Source: Pyrinomonadaceae bacterium (lineage in GTDB: Bacteria > Acidobacteriota > Blastocatellia > Pyrinomonadales > Pyrinomonadaceae). Taken from it: a stretch of 64,000 nucleotides of DNA. Position numbers and translations under genes: made by a program. The notes under the pieces are model-generated. The model made no database searches and was not told where the DNA came from. It saw only the letters and a program-made list of their open reading frames with translations. Location of the stretch: positions 192,013 to 256,012 of the forward strand of contig DATFGP010000022.1 in assembly GCA_035249365.1 (NCBI GenBank), read 5' to 3'. Shown piece by piece: positions 29,021 to 38,640 of the stretch. Every line of letters begins with the position of its first letter. The stretch's first letter is position 1.

Positions 29021-29382
29021 TAAAAACAAGCGGTTATAAAGATTTGCTTGTGTGGCAAAAGGGCATTGCTTTAGTAAAGCAGGTTTATCGAATCACTGAC
29101 GTGTTTCCCTCGGAGGAAAAGTTCGGCCTTGTTTCACAAATGCGCAGAGCCGCAGTTTCAATACCTTCGAACATAGCAGAGGGACAGGCGCGCCATACCA
29201 AAGGAGAATTCGTACAATTCATTTCTCACGCGGAAGGCTCAGTTGCAGAGTTAGACACACAACTAATAATCGCTGTTCAACTGACTTATTGCACGCAAGC
29301 GCAAGCCGACAGCGCATTTGAACTTATAACGGAGTTGCGGAGAATGCTTAATGCCCTACGCAGAAAGCTCACAAGCACTTAG
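29005..29382 (+). CDS. Four-helix-bundle protein (23S rRNA intervening-sequence protein family, TIGR02436-like)
   Basis: KDLLVWQKGIALVKQVYRIT...FPSEEKFGLVSQMRRAAVSIPSNIAEG are family hallmarks. Probably starts with a GTG inside the repeat arm. Confidence 0.8.
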   Translation: MTSDEIKTSGYKDLLVWQKGIALVKQVYRITDVFPSEEKFGLVSQMRRAAVSIPSNIAEGQARHTKGEFVQFISHAEGSVAELDTQLIIAVQLTYCTQAQADSAFELITELRRMLNALRRKLTST

Positions 29383-29383
29383 T

Positions 29384-29426
29384 TCCTATGGCTTTCACTT
29401 GTCACCTGTCACTTGTCACTCGTCAT
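29384..29426. repeat. Right arm of the same R4 element
   Basis: GGCTTTCACTTGTCACCTGTCACTTGTCACTCGTCATCG. Its complement provides the D-E-stop of the zapA-like gene. Confidence 0.8.
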
Positions 29427-29940
29427 CGTCTTCAATGGTGAAGGAAGTTTCTTGCTTGGGCGGCTGGCGTAGGCTTTGGAGTTTGGCGGAGACTTTGCTG
29501 CTGAGGCGTTCGCTACGGTTTCGGGCGATGTCGGAGTCAGGCGCGTCGAAAATATCTTCAAACCAAGACCCGCGCTCTTCTGTCTTCGGCGGCTCTACGG
29601 GCGTGTTCTCTTCGATGCGCTCCGGCTCTCCCGTTTGCTCGTTTTCTTCCCCGTCATTCGTTGAAGCGTTGGCGAGTAGTTTTTGAAACTCGCGCTCGTA
29701 GTGCTCGCGCGTGTCGCTCAACTCGTCGGCGAGATTGAGCGCGGCGAAGATGGCGATCTTGGCGAGGTCGTGCGCGGTCGCGTGCGCCGAGATGAGGCGC
29801 ATGCGTTCGTCCACGAGTCCCGCGATGCGCTCGATGTGCTGTGTGTCGCGGTTCGTGCGCAGGCTGTAGACCTGGTTGAAGATTTTGACTTCAACCGATT
29901 TCAGGGATGGCTTGGGAGCGTCGCTACTCATAAGTGTCAA
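29416..29940 (-). CDS. zapA: ZapA-like cell division protein with acidic C-terminal extension
   Basis: VKIFNQVYSLR...IAGLVDERM...IAIFAALNLADEL matches the ZapA fold pattern. The stop codon lies within the R4 arm. Confidence 0.6.
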   Translation of the reverse strand: MTLMSSDAPKPSLKSVEVKIFNQVYSLRTNRDTQHIERIAGLVDERMRLISAHATAHDLAKIAIFAALNLADELSDTREHYEREFQKLLANASTNDGEENEQTGEPERIEENTPVEPPKTEERGSWFEDIFDAPDSDIARNRSERLSSKVSAKLQSLRQPPKQETSFTIEDDDE

Positions 29941-29966
29941 TCGTCAACTGACCGGCGGATGGCTGT

Positions 29967-30773
29967 TCACCTGACCACGCCCGCGAGCGGGCTGGACGCG
30001 CTGGCGTAGAGGCGTTTGGGCATGCGCCCCGCGAGATATGCGAGGCGTCCGGCGCGTATGGCGAGGCGCATGGCATCGGCCATTTGCGCTGCGTCGCGCG
30101 CTTCGGCAATCGCTGTGTTCATCAGAACTGCGTCCGCGCCGAGTTCCATCGCAATCGCCGCGTCGCTCGCCGTGCCGACGCCCGCATCGACGATGATGGT
30201 CGCATCCGGCAACTGCTCGCGCATGATCAAGAGGTTCGCGGGGTTCTGCACACCGAGCCCTGAACCGATGGGCGCGGCGAGCGGCATCACTGCGGCGCAG
30301 CCCGCGTCCAACAACTTCTTCGCCATGATCAAATCGTCGCTGAAATACGGGAGCACCGTAAAGCCTTCGCGTACGAGCACGCGCGCGGCTTCTAACGTCT
30401 GCTCGTTGTCCGGAAAGAGCGTCGTCTGGTCGCCGATGACTTCGAGTTTAACGAGATCGGTGTTCAGGGCTTCGCGCGCGAGGCGTGCGGTGCGTATGGC
30501 CTCTTCCGCCGTGTAGCATCCGGCGGTGTTCGGCAGGATTGCGAGCGCGGGGTCGAGATGATCCAGGAATGACTCGCTGCTGCGGTCGAGCGGCACGCGG
30601 CGCACGGCCACCGTCACCATCTCCGCGCCCGACGCGCGATGCGCCGCCTTCATCTCCTCGAAGCTGCGATACTTGCCCGTCCCGATAATCAAGCGCGACG
30701 TAAAAGTGCGCCCGCCGATCTCGAATGTTTCCGATTGTGTAGTTAAGGTTGTTGACATATTTAAGAGTGACAA
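29967..30773 (-). CDS. thiG: Thiazole synthase
   Basis: [19 protein letters not shown]...LPNTAGC...[10 protein letters not shown] are ThiG signatures. Confidence 0.9.
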   Translation of the reverse strand: MSLLNMSTTLTTQSETFEIGGRTFTSRLIIGTGKYRSFEEMKAAHRASGAEMVTVAVRRVPLDRSSESFLDHLDPALAILPNTAGCYTAEEAIRTARLAREALNTDLVKLEVIGDQTTLFPDNEQTLEAARVLVREGFTVLPYFSDDLIMAKKLLDAGCAAVMPLAAPIGSGLGVQNPANLLIMREQLPDATIIVDAGVGTASDAAIAMELGADAVLMNTAIAEARDAAQMADAMRLAIRAGRLAYLAGRMPKRLYASASSPLAGVVR

Positions 30774-30831
30774 ATCATCTCCGCCATGTTCGAGCGGGGA
30801 TTATAGCAACTAATCCGCTACGAACGGCAAA

Positions 30832-30862
30832 GGGAGCGGCGCACATTTAATGCGCCGCTCCC
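30832..30862. terminator. Hairpin terminator between the flotillin gene and thiG
   Basis: GGAGCGGCGCAC-atttaat-GCGCCGCTCC stem followed by a T-rich tract. Confidence 0.5.
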
Positions 30863-30886
30863 TTTGGTTTGAAAGTTGTCGAGATT

Positions 30887-33115
30887 TTATCCTTTCAACT
30901 TCGATCCGTTTTCGCCGCTCGTCAGTTTCCCGCCGTTCTCGCCGCCGCCCGCAGGCAAACGGTCGCGGAAGAGGTTGAGCAAGAGTAGCGTGCCGAGGCC
31001 GCCGCCTGCGCCGCCGTCCCCGCCTCCGCCCGTTGCCATCACGTCGGGCGTGATGCGGACGCCCTTCTCGCCGATGACTCGCAAAGTTTCGACGAGCGCG
31101 ACGCCCTGTGCGCCGAGCGCGTTGACCTGTTCGTGATAAGCGACGCCCTGCGCCTCGCCCATCAAGCGAACCTTCTCGGCTTCGGCCTTGCCGGTTGCGA
31201 GAATGTAGTGCGCCTCGCCGTCGGCTTCGGCCTTGCGTTGCTCGGAGCGTTTGCCCGCGATGTCCACGCCGACGGTCGCGGCCATCAGGTCTTTCTGGTT
31301 GTCGGCCTGCGCGCTGATGCGCTCAAGTTGAATGCGCTTCTCTTCGGCTTCGCGTTGCGCGTCGTACATGTTCTGCCGCTGCTCTGCGAGAATCTTCTCG
31401 GTCTGCGTCTTCATCAACTCGGCGGGCAGGTGTATGTGGCAGATCAAGACGTTGACGACATCCACGTGATACTTCAACAGGTGCGCGCGAACTCTGGCTT
31501 CGGCGCGTTCCTGTTCTTCGTGGCGATTCTGCAAGTAGGCCATCGCAGACGACTCTGACGCCTGATTGCGGAAGATCGAGTCAATCAGCGGGTGCATCAC
31601 GTTCTGAATCAACTTATCAATCGAACCGATCTTGGCGACCATGAAGGGCGCGTCTTCCGGTTTGACGCGGAACACGACGCGCACTTCGAGTTGCATCGTG
31701 AAGCCGTCCTTCGAGATCACCTCGAACGGGTTGAACGATTGATTGACTTCGCCCGCCGTCCACTCGACCGTCTGGTTCGTCGTCGGGATCACGATAGGCG
31801 TGATGGCGAGTGTATTGACGTAGTAGCGACCGGGGCCGACGACGGTTTCCTGTATGCCGCGATAGCCTTCGGGCACGACGTAGGCTTCGTGCGCGCCTTC
31901 ATCCAGACGCCGTTCGGCGGGATCGCCGGAGAGCAGGTCTTCCTGTATCTCCGCCACGTTGCGTTGCTCGTCCACGAGTTTGTCGAGACGCGCGGCGGCC
32001 TGTTCGACGTGCTCCTGCTCCTCGCGCTCCATACGCTCGCGCACTTTCGCAGCCATCAGACGCCGGATTTCCTCGCCCGGGTCTTTGCCGATGTTCGAGA
32101 CGATCACGGCGACCTCGCCCGGCTTCACTTCCTTCGCCGACTCTGGGATCACTTTGAAGACGAGCGGGTTGATGTAGTAAGTGCCGGGCAGCAGGATGTC
32201 CTTCTGCGGGCCGCGCTGGCCGCCGCCTGTGATGAACTCGTTGCAGTCCTGAAAATTGTCGTGGCCTTCGACGGGCGTGGCGACATAATCGCGCGGGTCG
32301 AGCGGCGCGCCGTCCAGAGCTTCGACGAGTCCGATCTGATTCTCGTTGATGATCGTCGCGTCGTAGTGGCGCACGAAGAAGAGGCCGTGCTTGGTCTCCG
32401 TGCCGTTCTCGATCGAGATGGACTGCGTGAGTATCCTGTAAGTTCCCGGCGTCAGAATCTCGACCTGCGGGCCTTTCTGCCCGCCGCTCGCGATGAACTG
32501 CTCCGCGTCCTGATAGTTGCGATGCCCCTGTATGGCCTTGCCGTGCAGACGCCCCGCGTCGAGTTGGTCGCCGTCGGCTGCCGTGACGACGCCGACCTTG
32601 CCCGGCGGGATGACGGTCGCCTTCGCCACCGAGACGCGGAAGAGATACGGGTGAATCGGCCACAAGCCGGGCGGGAGCGTGCGCAGTTGGATGCCTTTCA
32701 CGCCGCCGCGTTTGATGAACGCGATGGGGTCTTGGAAATTGTTGTGCGCGTTCTCGGCGCGGTCGGGCGCGAAGATGCGTCCCGGCGGCATCGGTTCGCC
32801 GTCAACCGCCTCGATGATGCCGAGTTCCTCCGCGCCGACTTCGATGAGCGGCACTTTGCGCACGACGTTCTCGAACGGCCACTTGATGAGGTGCAGGCCG
32901 GGCTTCAAAACGTCGGCCTGTATGCCGACTTCGCCTTCGGTGGCGACGACGCGCCCCGGCGGCATCTTCGCGCCCAGATAGCGACGCTCCTTAATGGCGA
33001 TTTCGCGCCCGCCAACGTTGACGAACATCTTGCTCAACAGTATGAGCACGATGAGCGCCACGATTCCCAGAAAAATCAGGAGTGGCATATTTGAAAAAAG
33101 ATCGTTGATGTCCAT
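30887..33115 (-). CDS. Flotillin-like SPFH/Band-7 protein with three internal tandem repeats and Gly-rich C-terminus
   Basis: N-terminal TM, then F(I/K)xxGG(Q/V)(K/R)G(P/I)Q...L(T/L)PG(T/L)(Y/W) repeated three times, then a flotillin coiled-coil tail. I place the start at MDINDL, preceded by AAGGAAG. Confidence 0.8.
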   Translation of the reverse strand: MDINDLFSNMPLLIFLGIVALIVLILLSKMFVNVGGREIAIKERRYLGAKMPPGRVVATEGEVGIQADVLKPGLHLIKWPFENVVRKVPLIEVGAEELGIIEAVDGEPMPPGRIFAPDRAENAHNNFQDPIAFIKRGGVKGIQLRTLPPGLWPIHPYLFRVSVAKATVIPPGKVGVVTAADGDQLDAGRLHGKAIQGHRNYQDAEQFIASGGQKGPQVEILTPGTYRILTQSISIENGTETKHGLFFVRHYDATIINENQIGLVEALDGAPLDPRDYVATPVEGHDNFQDCNEFITGGGQRGPQKDILLPGTYYINPLVFKVIPESAKEVKPGEVAVIVSNIGKDPGEEIRRLMAAKVRERMEREEQEHVEQAAARLDKLVDEQRNVAEIQEDLLSGDPAERRLDEGAHEAYVVPEGYRGIQETVVGPGRYYVNTLAITPIVIPTTNQTVEWTAGEVNQSFNPFEVISKDGFTMQLEVRVVFRVKPEDAPFMVAKIGSIDKLIQNVMHPLIDSIFRNQASESSAMAYLQNRHEEQERAEARVRAHLLKYHVDVVNVLICHIHLPAELMKTQTEKILAEQRQNMYDAQREAEEKRIQLERISAQADNQKDLMAATVGVDIAGKRSEQRKAEADGEAHYILATGKAEAEKVRLMGEAQGVAYHEQVNALGAQGVALVETLRVIGEKGVRITPDVMATGGGGDGGAGGGLGTLLLLNLFRDRLPAGGGENGGKLTSGENGSKLKG

Positions 33116-33229
33116 GTCGCTTCCTTTGTTGCGATGCAACGGTTGAAGTAATTGAATCCGGCGTGTGCGCATTAAACGCGCAACGTCACGCGAAACTGAC
33201 AGCCTTAGTCTCCTGGCTTGCTAATCTTT

Positions 33230-33937
33230 TTACATTCGAGTCTCCGTTTTTTTGACCTGCGCCAGTTCCTCTCGGAAAGCCGTCAACTTTTCTTTCAACA
33301 CGAAGCCCGCGCCCGCGCGCCGCGCTTCGGAACTCAAGACCCAGTATTCGCTCTCGATCAAAGTTGATAACTCTTCGGGGTTGATCCCTTCGAGACGACC
33401 GGCACGTAAAGCGTTCGACGCCGCTTCGACCGTTCGCTCGAACGTCTGCGCGTCGTCCGAGAGCGCGGCGAGATGCAGGAGTTGCGCGGTCGTCTGCCGG
33501 TCGGGCTGCTGCTGCCAGAGTTTCGTGTAAGCGGTGGCGAGGTCGGCGTTGCCGCGCAAGTCTGTATCGTTAGCGATGAACGAAGCGAGCGAGCGCAAGT
33601 CAGCTTCTGACGCTTCAGCCCAGTTCAAGAGGTTGTGCAAAACGCGCCCGTAGAGCGCGGAATCGTTTGCGCGGTGAGCTTCGGCGAGAGCCGTCAAGTC
33701 GCCTGTCGAAGCGCGCGCGAGTAGCGAAGCGTTTTTCTCCGCAGCCTCTTTGACGGCTTGCGCCGCGAGCAGACGCTGAGTTTCAGCGTGTGCATCTTTG
33801 TGGTCGAACAGGCTGCGCGGCGATACGGGTTGCGATTGAAGTTCCGCGCGGTAGTCAGGTGACGTGTGCAGCCTGCGATAAAATGTGTAAGCGGTTGCAG
33901 CGAGCAGGATGAATGCGATGATGAAAAGGGCGATCAC
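33230..33937 (-). CDS. Hypothetical membrane-anchored helical protein upstream of the flotillin gene
   Basis: Single N-terminal TM segment, then an Ala/Leu-rich helical domain. No family recognised. Confidence 0.55.
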   Translation of the reverse strand: MIALFIIAFILLAATAYTFYRRLHTSPDYRAELQSQPVSPRSLFDHKDAHAETQRLLAAQAVKEAAEKNASLLARASTGDLTALAEAHRANDSALYGRVLHNLLNWAEASEADLRSLASFIANDTDLRGNADLATAYTKLWQQQPDRQTTAQLLHLAALSDDAQTFERTVEAASNALRAGRLEGINPEELSTLIESEYWVLSSEARRAGAGFVLKEKLTAFREELAQVKKTETRM

Positions 33938-34136
33938 GTTTGACGCCTGAGCGACTCGTTTTCAAGCGACGACCACTTCGGTCGCCGCGCCGTCTACGAG
34001 CGCCAGCCAAAGTTATTATACGACAACCGGCGTGGAAGGTTCTAAAAACCGTCAGGGCGCAAAAAAATCGTCAGCGTGCAAATTTTACCCGGCGTTTTAT
34101 TCAAGGGTGCAGCTTTTGAGTTTCGACTTGCGCGCC

Positions 34137-34334
34137 TCAGACGCTTCCGCCGCCGACGAAATGCACGATTTCCACTTGATCGCCCTCGCGTACCTGCGTC
34201 TCCGGCCAGACGGCGCGGCGCACGACTTCGCGGTTGAGTTCGATGGCGACGCGTTCGGGCGCGAGCGAGAGTTGGCTGACGAGTTGGCCGAGCGTGAGCT
34301 CGTCGGGCACTTCGCGGATTTCCCCGTTGACTTG
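34137..34334 (-). CDS. thiS: Sulfur-carrier protein ThiS
   Basis: About 65 aa ending in VGGG(SV). Ubiquitin-like ThiS pattern (VNGE...L..LV..L). Confidence 0.65.
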   Translation of the reverse strand, partial: QVNGEIREVPDELTLGQLVSQLSLAPERVAIELNREVVRRAVWPETQVREGDQVEIVHFVGGGSV

Positions 34335-34354
34335 AACGCGCAAAATTTCCCTCT

Positions 34355-35239
34355 TCAAGGCTGGTGTATGACGCGGCGCAGTTCGGCTGTGAAGCCGTCG
34401 GCGGCGGCGCGCATGAGCACTGCGGCGCGTCCCTTCGTGAAGCGCGGCAGCCAAGCGTGAATCGTTGCCACGCCGTCGCGGTCGGAGCGCGTGGTCAAGA
34501 TCAGCGGGCGAAACTCCGTGCCGAGAATTTTGACCGTCACGGGCACGTCAACCGCCGCGACGCGCGTGTCGCCCGCGCCGCGACTGACGCGCACGCGAAT
34601 AGTCACCACTTCGCCCGCGTGAAAATCTCTCTCTTCGAGCAAACTCAAATGCAGCGCGTCTTCCGCCTCGACCTGTATGAACTCGTCGTTCTGTTTCCCG
34701 ATGAGCCGGACGGGTTCAGCGGGTTGTTCCGCACGCTGCGGCTCGCTCCTCGTCGGCGCAGTCGGTACAACTTCTGCCGGAACGTCGTCGAGCGCGAGTA
34801 TGTCCGCGCCATCGTCAATCGGTGGCGCTTTGGTTTGCGGCGCTTTGGTTTTCGCTGTAACGGCTGGCTGAACGTCGGGCGCTTTCGTCGGCGGAACTTT
34901 CGCGCTGACCGTTGACGGGGGCGCGGACTTGGGCGTGGACTTGGGCGCGGCTGGTTGTTCGGCGGGTTCACGCTGCGTCAGGCGTTTGAGGTCGTCAATG
35001 CGTCCGGCCTTGACGGCGGCGCAGATGAGCGTGTGCTGGCGTTGGAGTCGCTCGCCGAGCACGAGCGGGTCGAAGCCCGTCTTGATGAGATCGTTGTAGG
35101 GCGAACGCTTGCTCGCCAAAATCGCGCCGCCGACATAGACGAGCGTTAAGATCAGAGGCGTGTCGAGTCCCTTATCTTCCGTCTGCACGTGGTACACGAC
35201 GCCGTCAAACTCTATGTCTGTGTTGAAGCCGGTTATCAC
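34355..35239 (-). CDS. Hypothetical protein with Pro/Ala/Lys-rich linker
   Basis: 294 aa. Conserved-looking N-terminal domain, a long PAxKxP low-complexity linker, and a C-terminal beta-rich domain. No family recognised. Confidence 0.55.
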   Translation of the reverse strand: MITGFNTDIEFDGVVYHVQTEDKGLDTPLILTLVYVGGAILASKRSPYNDLIKTGFDPLVLGERLQRQHTLICAAVKAGRIDDLKRLTQREPAEQPAAPKSTPKSAPPSTVSAKVPPTKAPDVQPAVTAKTKAPQTKAPPIDDGADILALDDVPAEVVPTAPTRSEPQRAEQPAEPVRLIGKQNDEFIQVEAEDALHLSLLEERDFHAGEVVTIRVRVSRGAGDTRVAAVDVPVTVKILGTEFRPLILTTRSDRDGVATIHAWLPRFTKGRAAVLMRAAADGFTAELRRVIHQP

Positions 35240-35387
35240 GACCGTTTACGGGAAAGCGCCGGGCGCATTGGAGGTAAAATGTTGTTCAAGAGTTGTCGGC
35301 GGCAGTGCCGCTTGAAACAGTAACATAGCCCTCGAATGAGGGTCAATCTCCTTGTAAACGCGGCTTTTGCGCCGCACCGCGTCTCCC

Positions 35388-35416
35388 TTGACACCCTTTA
35401 GACCTTGCACTACCAT
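35388..35416 (+). promoter_or_regulatory. Putative sigma70-type promoter of the nuo operon (TTGACA-N17-TACCAT)
   Basis: Exact -35 hexamer, 17-nt spacer, and a TAnnAT -10, about 80 nt upstream of nuoA. Confidence 0.45.
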
Positions 35417-35493
35417 GACTTTGTGCCATCATTCTCAATCTAAGTTTAGAGCAGCTTTACGCTCTTTTCAGCAGAAGCTGACGGGAGGCCGGT

Positions 35494-35973
35494 GTGCGTA
35501 ATTTCGACCTGAAAGATTACTTGCCGATCCTGCTCATGTTCCTCGTCGCAGGGGGATTTGCGGGCGGCAACATACTGCTCTCTCAACTCGTCGGGCAGCG
35601 TAAGCAGACGCGCACGAAGTTGATGCCCTACGAGTGTGGCAAAGACCCTGTGGGTTCTGCGCGCGAACGCTTCTCGGTTAAGTTCTACTTGATCGCGATG
35701 ATCTTCATACTCTTCGACATCGAGTTGATCTTCCTGATGCCATGGGCGGTGGTCTTCAAATCGCTCGCGGCGCAAGGCGCGGCGATGCGCAATTTGATCT
35801 TCGTAGAGATGATGCTGTTCGTCGTGCTGCTGCTCGTGGGCTACGTCTACGTGTTGAAGAAGGGTCTGTTTGATTGGAACGAGCGGGCGCGGACTGAGGC
35901 GATAGGCGAAGCGCACGCGCTGGCTTTGAAGGAAGCGCGCAGGGCTGACGTGGAGCATCGCGCCGCAGCCTGA
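35494..35973 (+). CDS. nuoA: NADH-quinone oxidoreductase subunit A (extended C-terminus)
   Basis: Three TM helices and the conserved YECG motif. Has about 40 extra C-terminal residues. Confidence 0.9.
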   Translation: MRNFDLKDYLPILLMFLVAGGFAGGNILLSQLVGQRKQTRTKLMPYECGKDPVGSARERFSVKFYLIAMIFILFDIELIFLMPWAVVFKSLAAQGAAMRNLIFVEMMLFVVLLLVGYVYVLKKGLFDWNERARTEAIGEAHALALKEARRADVEHRAAA

Positions 35974-36005
35974 CCAATGTCTAAGCCCACGCGGGAGTTT
36001 TAATT

Positions 36006-36656
36006 ATGGGTCTCGAAAATAAGATCGCGGAAGCACTGCCGGAAGTGTTGACGACGACGCTCGACTCAATCGTCAACTGGGCGCGCAAGTCCAGCCTGTG
36101 GCCTGCGACTTTCGGCCTCGCCTGCTGCGCCATCGAAATGATGAACGCGACGAGCGCACGAAACGATCTGGCGCGCTTCGGCTCGGAAGTGTTTCGTGCA
36201 AGCCCGCGTCAGGCCGACGTGATGATCGTCTCAGGCCGCGTCTCGCGCAAGATGGCTCCCGTGCTGCGTCGCATCTACGACCAGATGCCCGAACCGAAGT
36301 GGGTTATCTCTATGGGCGCGTGCGCGACGTCGGGAGGCGTGTTCGACAACTACGCCATCGTGCAGGGCGTGGACAAGATCGTGCCGGTTGACGTGTACAT
36401 TCCGGGCTGCCCGCCGCGCCCTGAAATGCTCATCAACGCCGTGATGATGTTGCAGGACAAGGTGATGAAAGAATCTCTGCGCGACCGCCGCGACATTCCC
36501 GCCGCAGATGCGCGCGAAGCCGTCCCGCCGGGCACGCTGCCGGGCTCCGGCGTCTCCGCGCTCAACGAAGCGGCGGCGCAAAACGCAGACGAGAAGGCAA
36601 ACGTCTCGCGTCCATACACGATTCCCTCGCGGCACGAACGCCGAAGGTCTTCATAA
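36006..36656 (+). CDS. nuoB: NADH-quinone oxidoreductase subunit B
   Basis: CCAIEMM ... GCPPRPE N2-cluster motifs. Confidence 0.95.
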   Translation: MGLENKIAEALPEVLTTTLDSIVNWARKSSLWPATFGLACCAIEMMNATSARNDLARFGSEVFRASPRQADVMIVSGRVSRKMAPVLRRIYDQMPEPKWVISMGACATSGGVFDNYAIVQGVDKIVPVDVYIPGCPPRPEMLINAVMMLQDKVMKESLRDRRDIPAADAREAVPPGTLPGSGVSALNEAAAQNADEKANVSRPYTIPSRHERRRSS

Positions 36657-36660
36657 AAGC

Positions 36661-36760
36661 TGTCCGTTGTCAGTGGTCAGTTGTCCGTTGTTTATGTGAA
36701 ACGAGCAAGTGACTAAAGATTAGAGCGAACAACTGACAACGGACGACGGACAACGGACAA
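36661..36760. repeat. Foldback element R2 (GTCCGTT/GTCAGTT type), ending at the nuoC ATG
   Basis: TGTCCGTTGTCAGTGGTCAGTTGTCCGTTG ... CAACTGACAACGGACGACGGACAACGGACAA, immediately followed by ATG. Confidence 0.85.
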
Positions 36761-37306
36761 ATGAGCAAAGATATTGAGCGCGAACAGGCGATAGCCGAGC
36801 AAGCGGCGGGTGAGCCGTTGAAGGATCAGGCGGGCGCGGGGTTGATCGCCGCGCTGCAAGGGTCGCACGCAGACGCTGTTGTTGAGGTGATTCAGGCGTT
36901 CGGCGAGATCACGATTGTTGTGCCGCGCGAGCGCATCGTCGAGTTGTGCGAGTATTTGAAGACGACGCCGGAGTTCGAGTTCAACATGCTGGCAGACATC
37001 TGCGGCGTGGATCGTGGGCCGGAGGAAGACCCGCGATTTGAAGTCAACTATCATCTTTTTTCTACGACCAAATTCCATCGCTTACGACTCAAAGTTGTCG
37101 TCAGCGAAGAAGACGCGCGCGTGCCGACCGTGACGGGCGTGTGGCGCACGGCCAACTGGCACGAGCGCGAAACTTTCGATCTATTCGGCGTGCGTTTCGA
37201 CGGCCATCCCGATTTGCGTCGCATACTCCTGCCCGACGATTGGCAGGGGCACGCGCTCCGCAAAGACTTCCCGCTGCGCGGCTACGAGCCGTACAGCCTT
37301 AGCTAA
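36761..37306 (+). CDS. nuoC: NADH-quinone oxidoreductase subunit C
   Basis: 30-kDa subunit family. Separate from nuoD. Confidence 0.9.
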   Translation: MSKDIEREQAIAEQAAGEPLKDQAGAGLIAALQGSHADAVVEVIQAFGEITIVVPRERIVELCEYLKTTPEFEFNMLADICGVDRGPEEDPRFEVNYHLFSTTKFHRLRLKVVVSEEDARVPTVTGVWRTANWHERETFDLFGVRFDGHPDLRRILLPDDWQGHALRKDFPLRGYEPYSLS

Positions 37307-37415
37307 GTGACAAGTGACAAGTGACGAGTGACAAGTTAAAGACAAAAACAGTCTTCGCTCGCCACATGTCTTTATCTTATCTTGTCTCGTCACTTGTCAC
37401 CTATCACTCGTCACT
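37306..37415. repeat. Foldback element R4 (GTGACAA type) between nuoC and nuoD
   Basis: AAGTGACAAGTGACAAGTGACGAGTGACAAG ... CTTGTCTCGTCACTTGTCACCTATCACTCGTCACTG. Confidence 0.85.
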
Positions 37416-37423
37416 GATTACTT

Positions 37424-38635
37424 ATGGTCGCAAATCTTCCGCCGCAGTTCGAGGTTGTTGACCAACCGCTCGACACGCAGATGACGATCTCGATGGGGCC
37501 GCAGCACCCTTCGACGCACGGCGTCCTGCGTCTCGAACTCGTCCTCGACGGCGAGATGGTCATCAAATGCACGCCCGACATCGGCTATCTCCACACGGGG
37601 ATGGAGAAGCTGTTCGAGTACAAGAAATACCAGCAAGGCATCGTCATCACAGACCGTATGGATTACCTGAATCCGCTCGGCAACAATCTTTGTTATGTGA
37701 TGGCGGTGGAGAAATTGCTCGGCCTCGAAATACCGGAACGCGCGCAGGTGATTCGCGTCTTGATGTGCGAGTTGCAGCGCATCGCCTCGCACATGGTCTG
37801 GTTGGGGACGCACGCGCTCGACATCGGCGCAATGAGCGTTTTCTTCTACGCCTTCCGCGAGCGCGAGAAGATTTTGAACTTGATCGAAGCCGCGTCGGGC
37901 GGTCGCCTGACGCCGTCCTACTTCCGCATCGGCGGTTTGATGATGGACTTGCCTGCGGGTTTCGAGAGTCGCGTCAAGCAGTTCATAGACAAGTTTCCGA
38001 AGGCGGTTGACGAGTTCGAGACGCTGCTTTCGGGCAACCGGATTTTCCAGTCGCGCACGAAGGGCATCGGCATCATCACTGCCGAAGACGCGATTGACAT
38101 GGGCGTCACGGGGCCGTGCCTGCGCGGGAGCGGCGTCGCCGTTGACGTGCGGCGTACGAATCCTTACACGGGCTACGAGACTTACGATTTCGACGTTCCG
38201 GTCGAACAGAGTTGCGATGTGTGGGGGCGCTACCTTGTACGTATGCGCGAACTGCGCGAGTCTCTGAAGATCGCGCGGCAGGCTCTCGGTCGTTTGAAGC
38301 CGGGGCCGGTCAAGGCCGACGCGCCGAAAGTTGTCTTGCCGGATCGCGAGGCGATGAAGACGCACATGGATGCGCTCATACACCACTTTTTGATCGTGGC
38401 CGAAGGCTTCAACGTTCCGGCGGGCGAAATTTATCACCCGATTGAAGGCTCGAAGGGCGAACTCGGCTGCTACGTGAAATCGGACGGCGGCCCGAAGCCC
38501 GCGCGCGTACACTTTCGCGGCCCCTCGTTCGTCAACCTCTCCGCCCTGCCGCACATGTCGGAAGGCGAGATGGTCGCAGACGTGGTCGCCATCATCGGCT
38601 CACTCGACATCGTGCTCGGCGAAATAGACAGGTAA
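37424..38635 (+). CDS. nuoD: NADH-quinone oxidoreductase subunit D
   Basis: 49-kDa subunit (GPQHPSTHGVLRL...). Confidence 0.95.
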   Translation: MVANLPPQFEVVDQPLDTQMTISMGPQHPSTHGVLRLELVLDGEMVIKCTPDIGYLHTGMEKLFEYKKYQQGIVITDRMDYLNPLGNNLCYVMAVEKLLGLEIPERAQVIRVLMCELQRIASHMVWLGTHALDIGAMSVFFYAFREREKILNLIEAASGGRLTPSYFRIGGLMMDLPAGFESRVKQFIDKFPKAVDEFETLLSGNRIFQSRTKGIGIITAEDAIDMGVTGPCLRGSGVAVDVRRTNPYTGYETYDFDVPVEQSCDVWGRYLVRMRELRESLKIARQALGRLKPGPVKADAPKVVLPDREAMKTHMDALIHHFLIVAEGFNVPAGEIYHPIEGSKGELGCYVKSDGGPKPARVHFRGPSFVNLSALPHMSEGEMVADVVAIIGSLDIVLGEIDR

Positions 38636-38640
38636 AACGT

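Noticed and set aside
36658-36760. Possible small ORFs encoded within R2/R4 elements (for example LSLVTCH-type peptides from the six-frame track)
   Set aside because: These are translation artefacts of the heptamer repeats. They recur in every copy, regardless of context.
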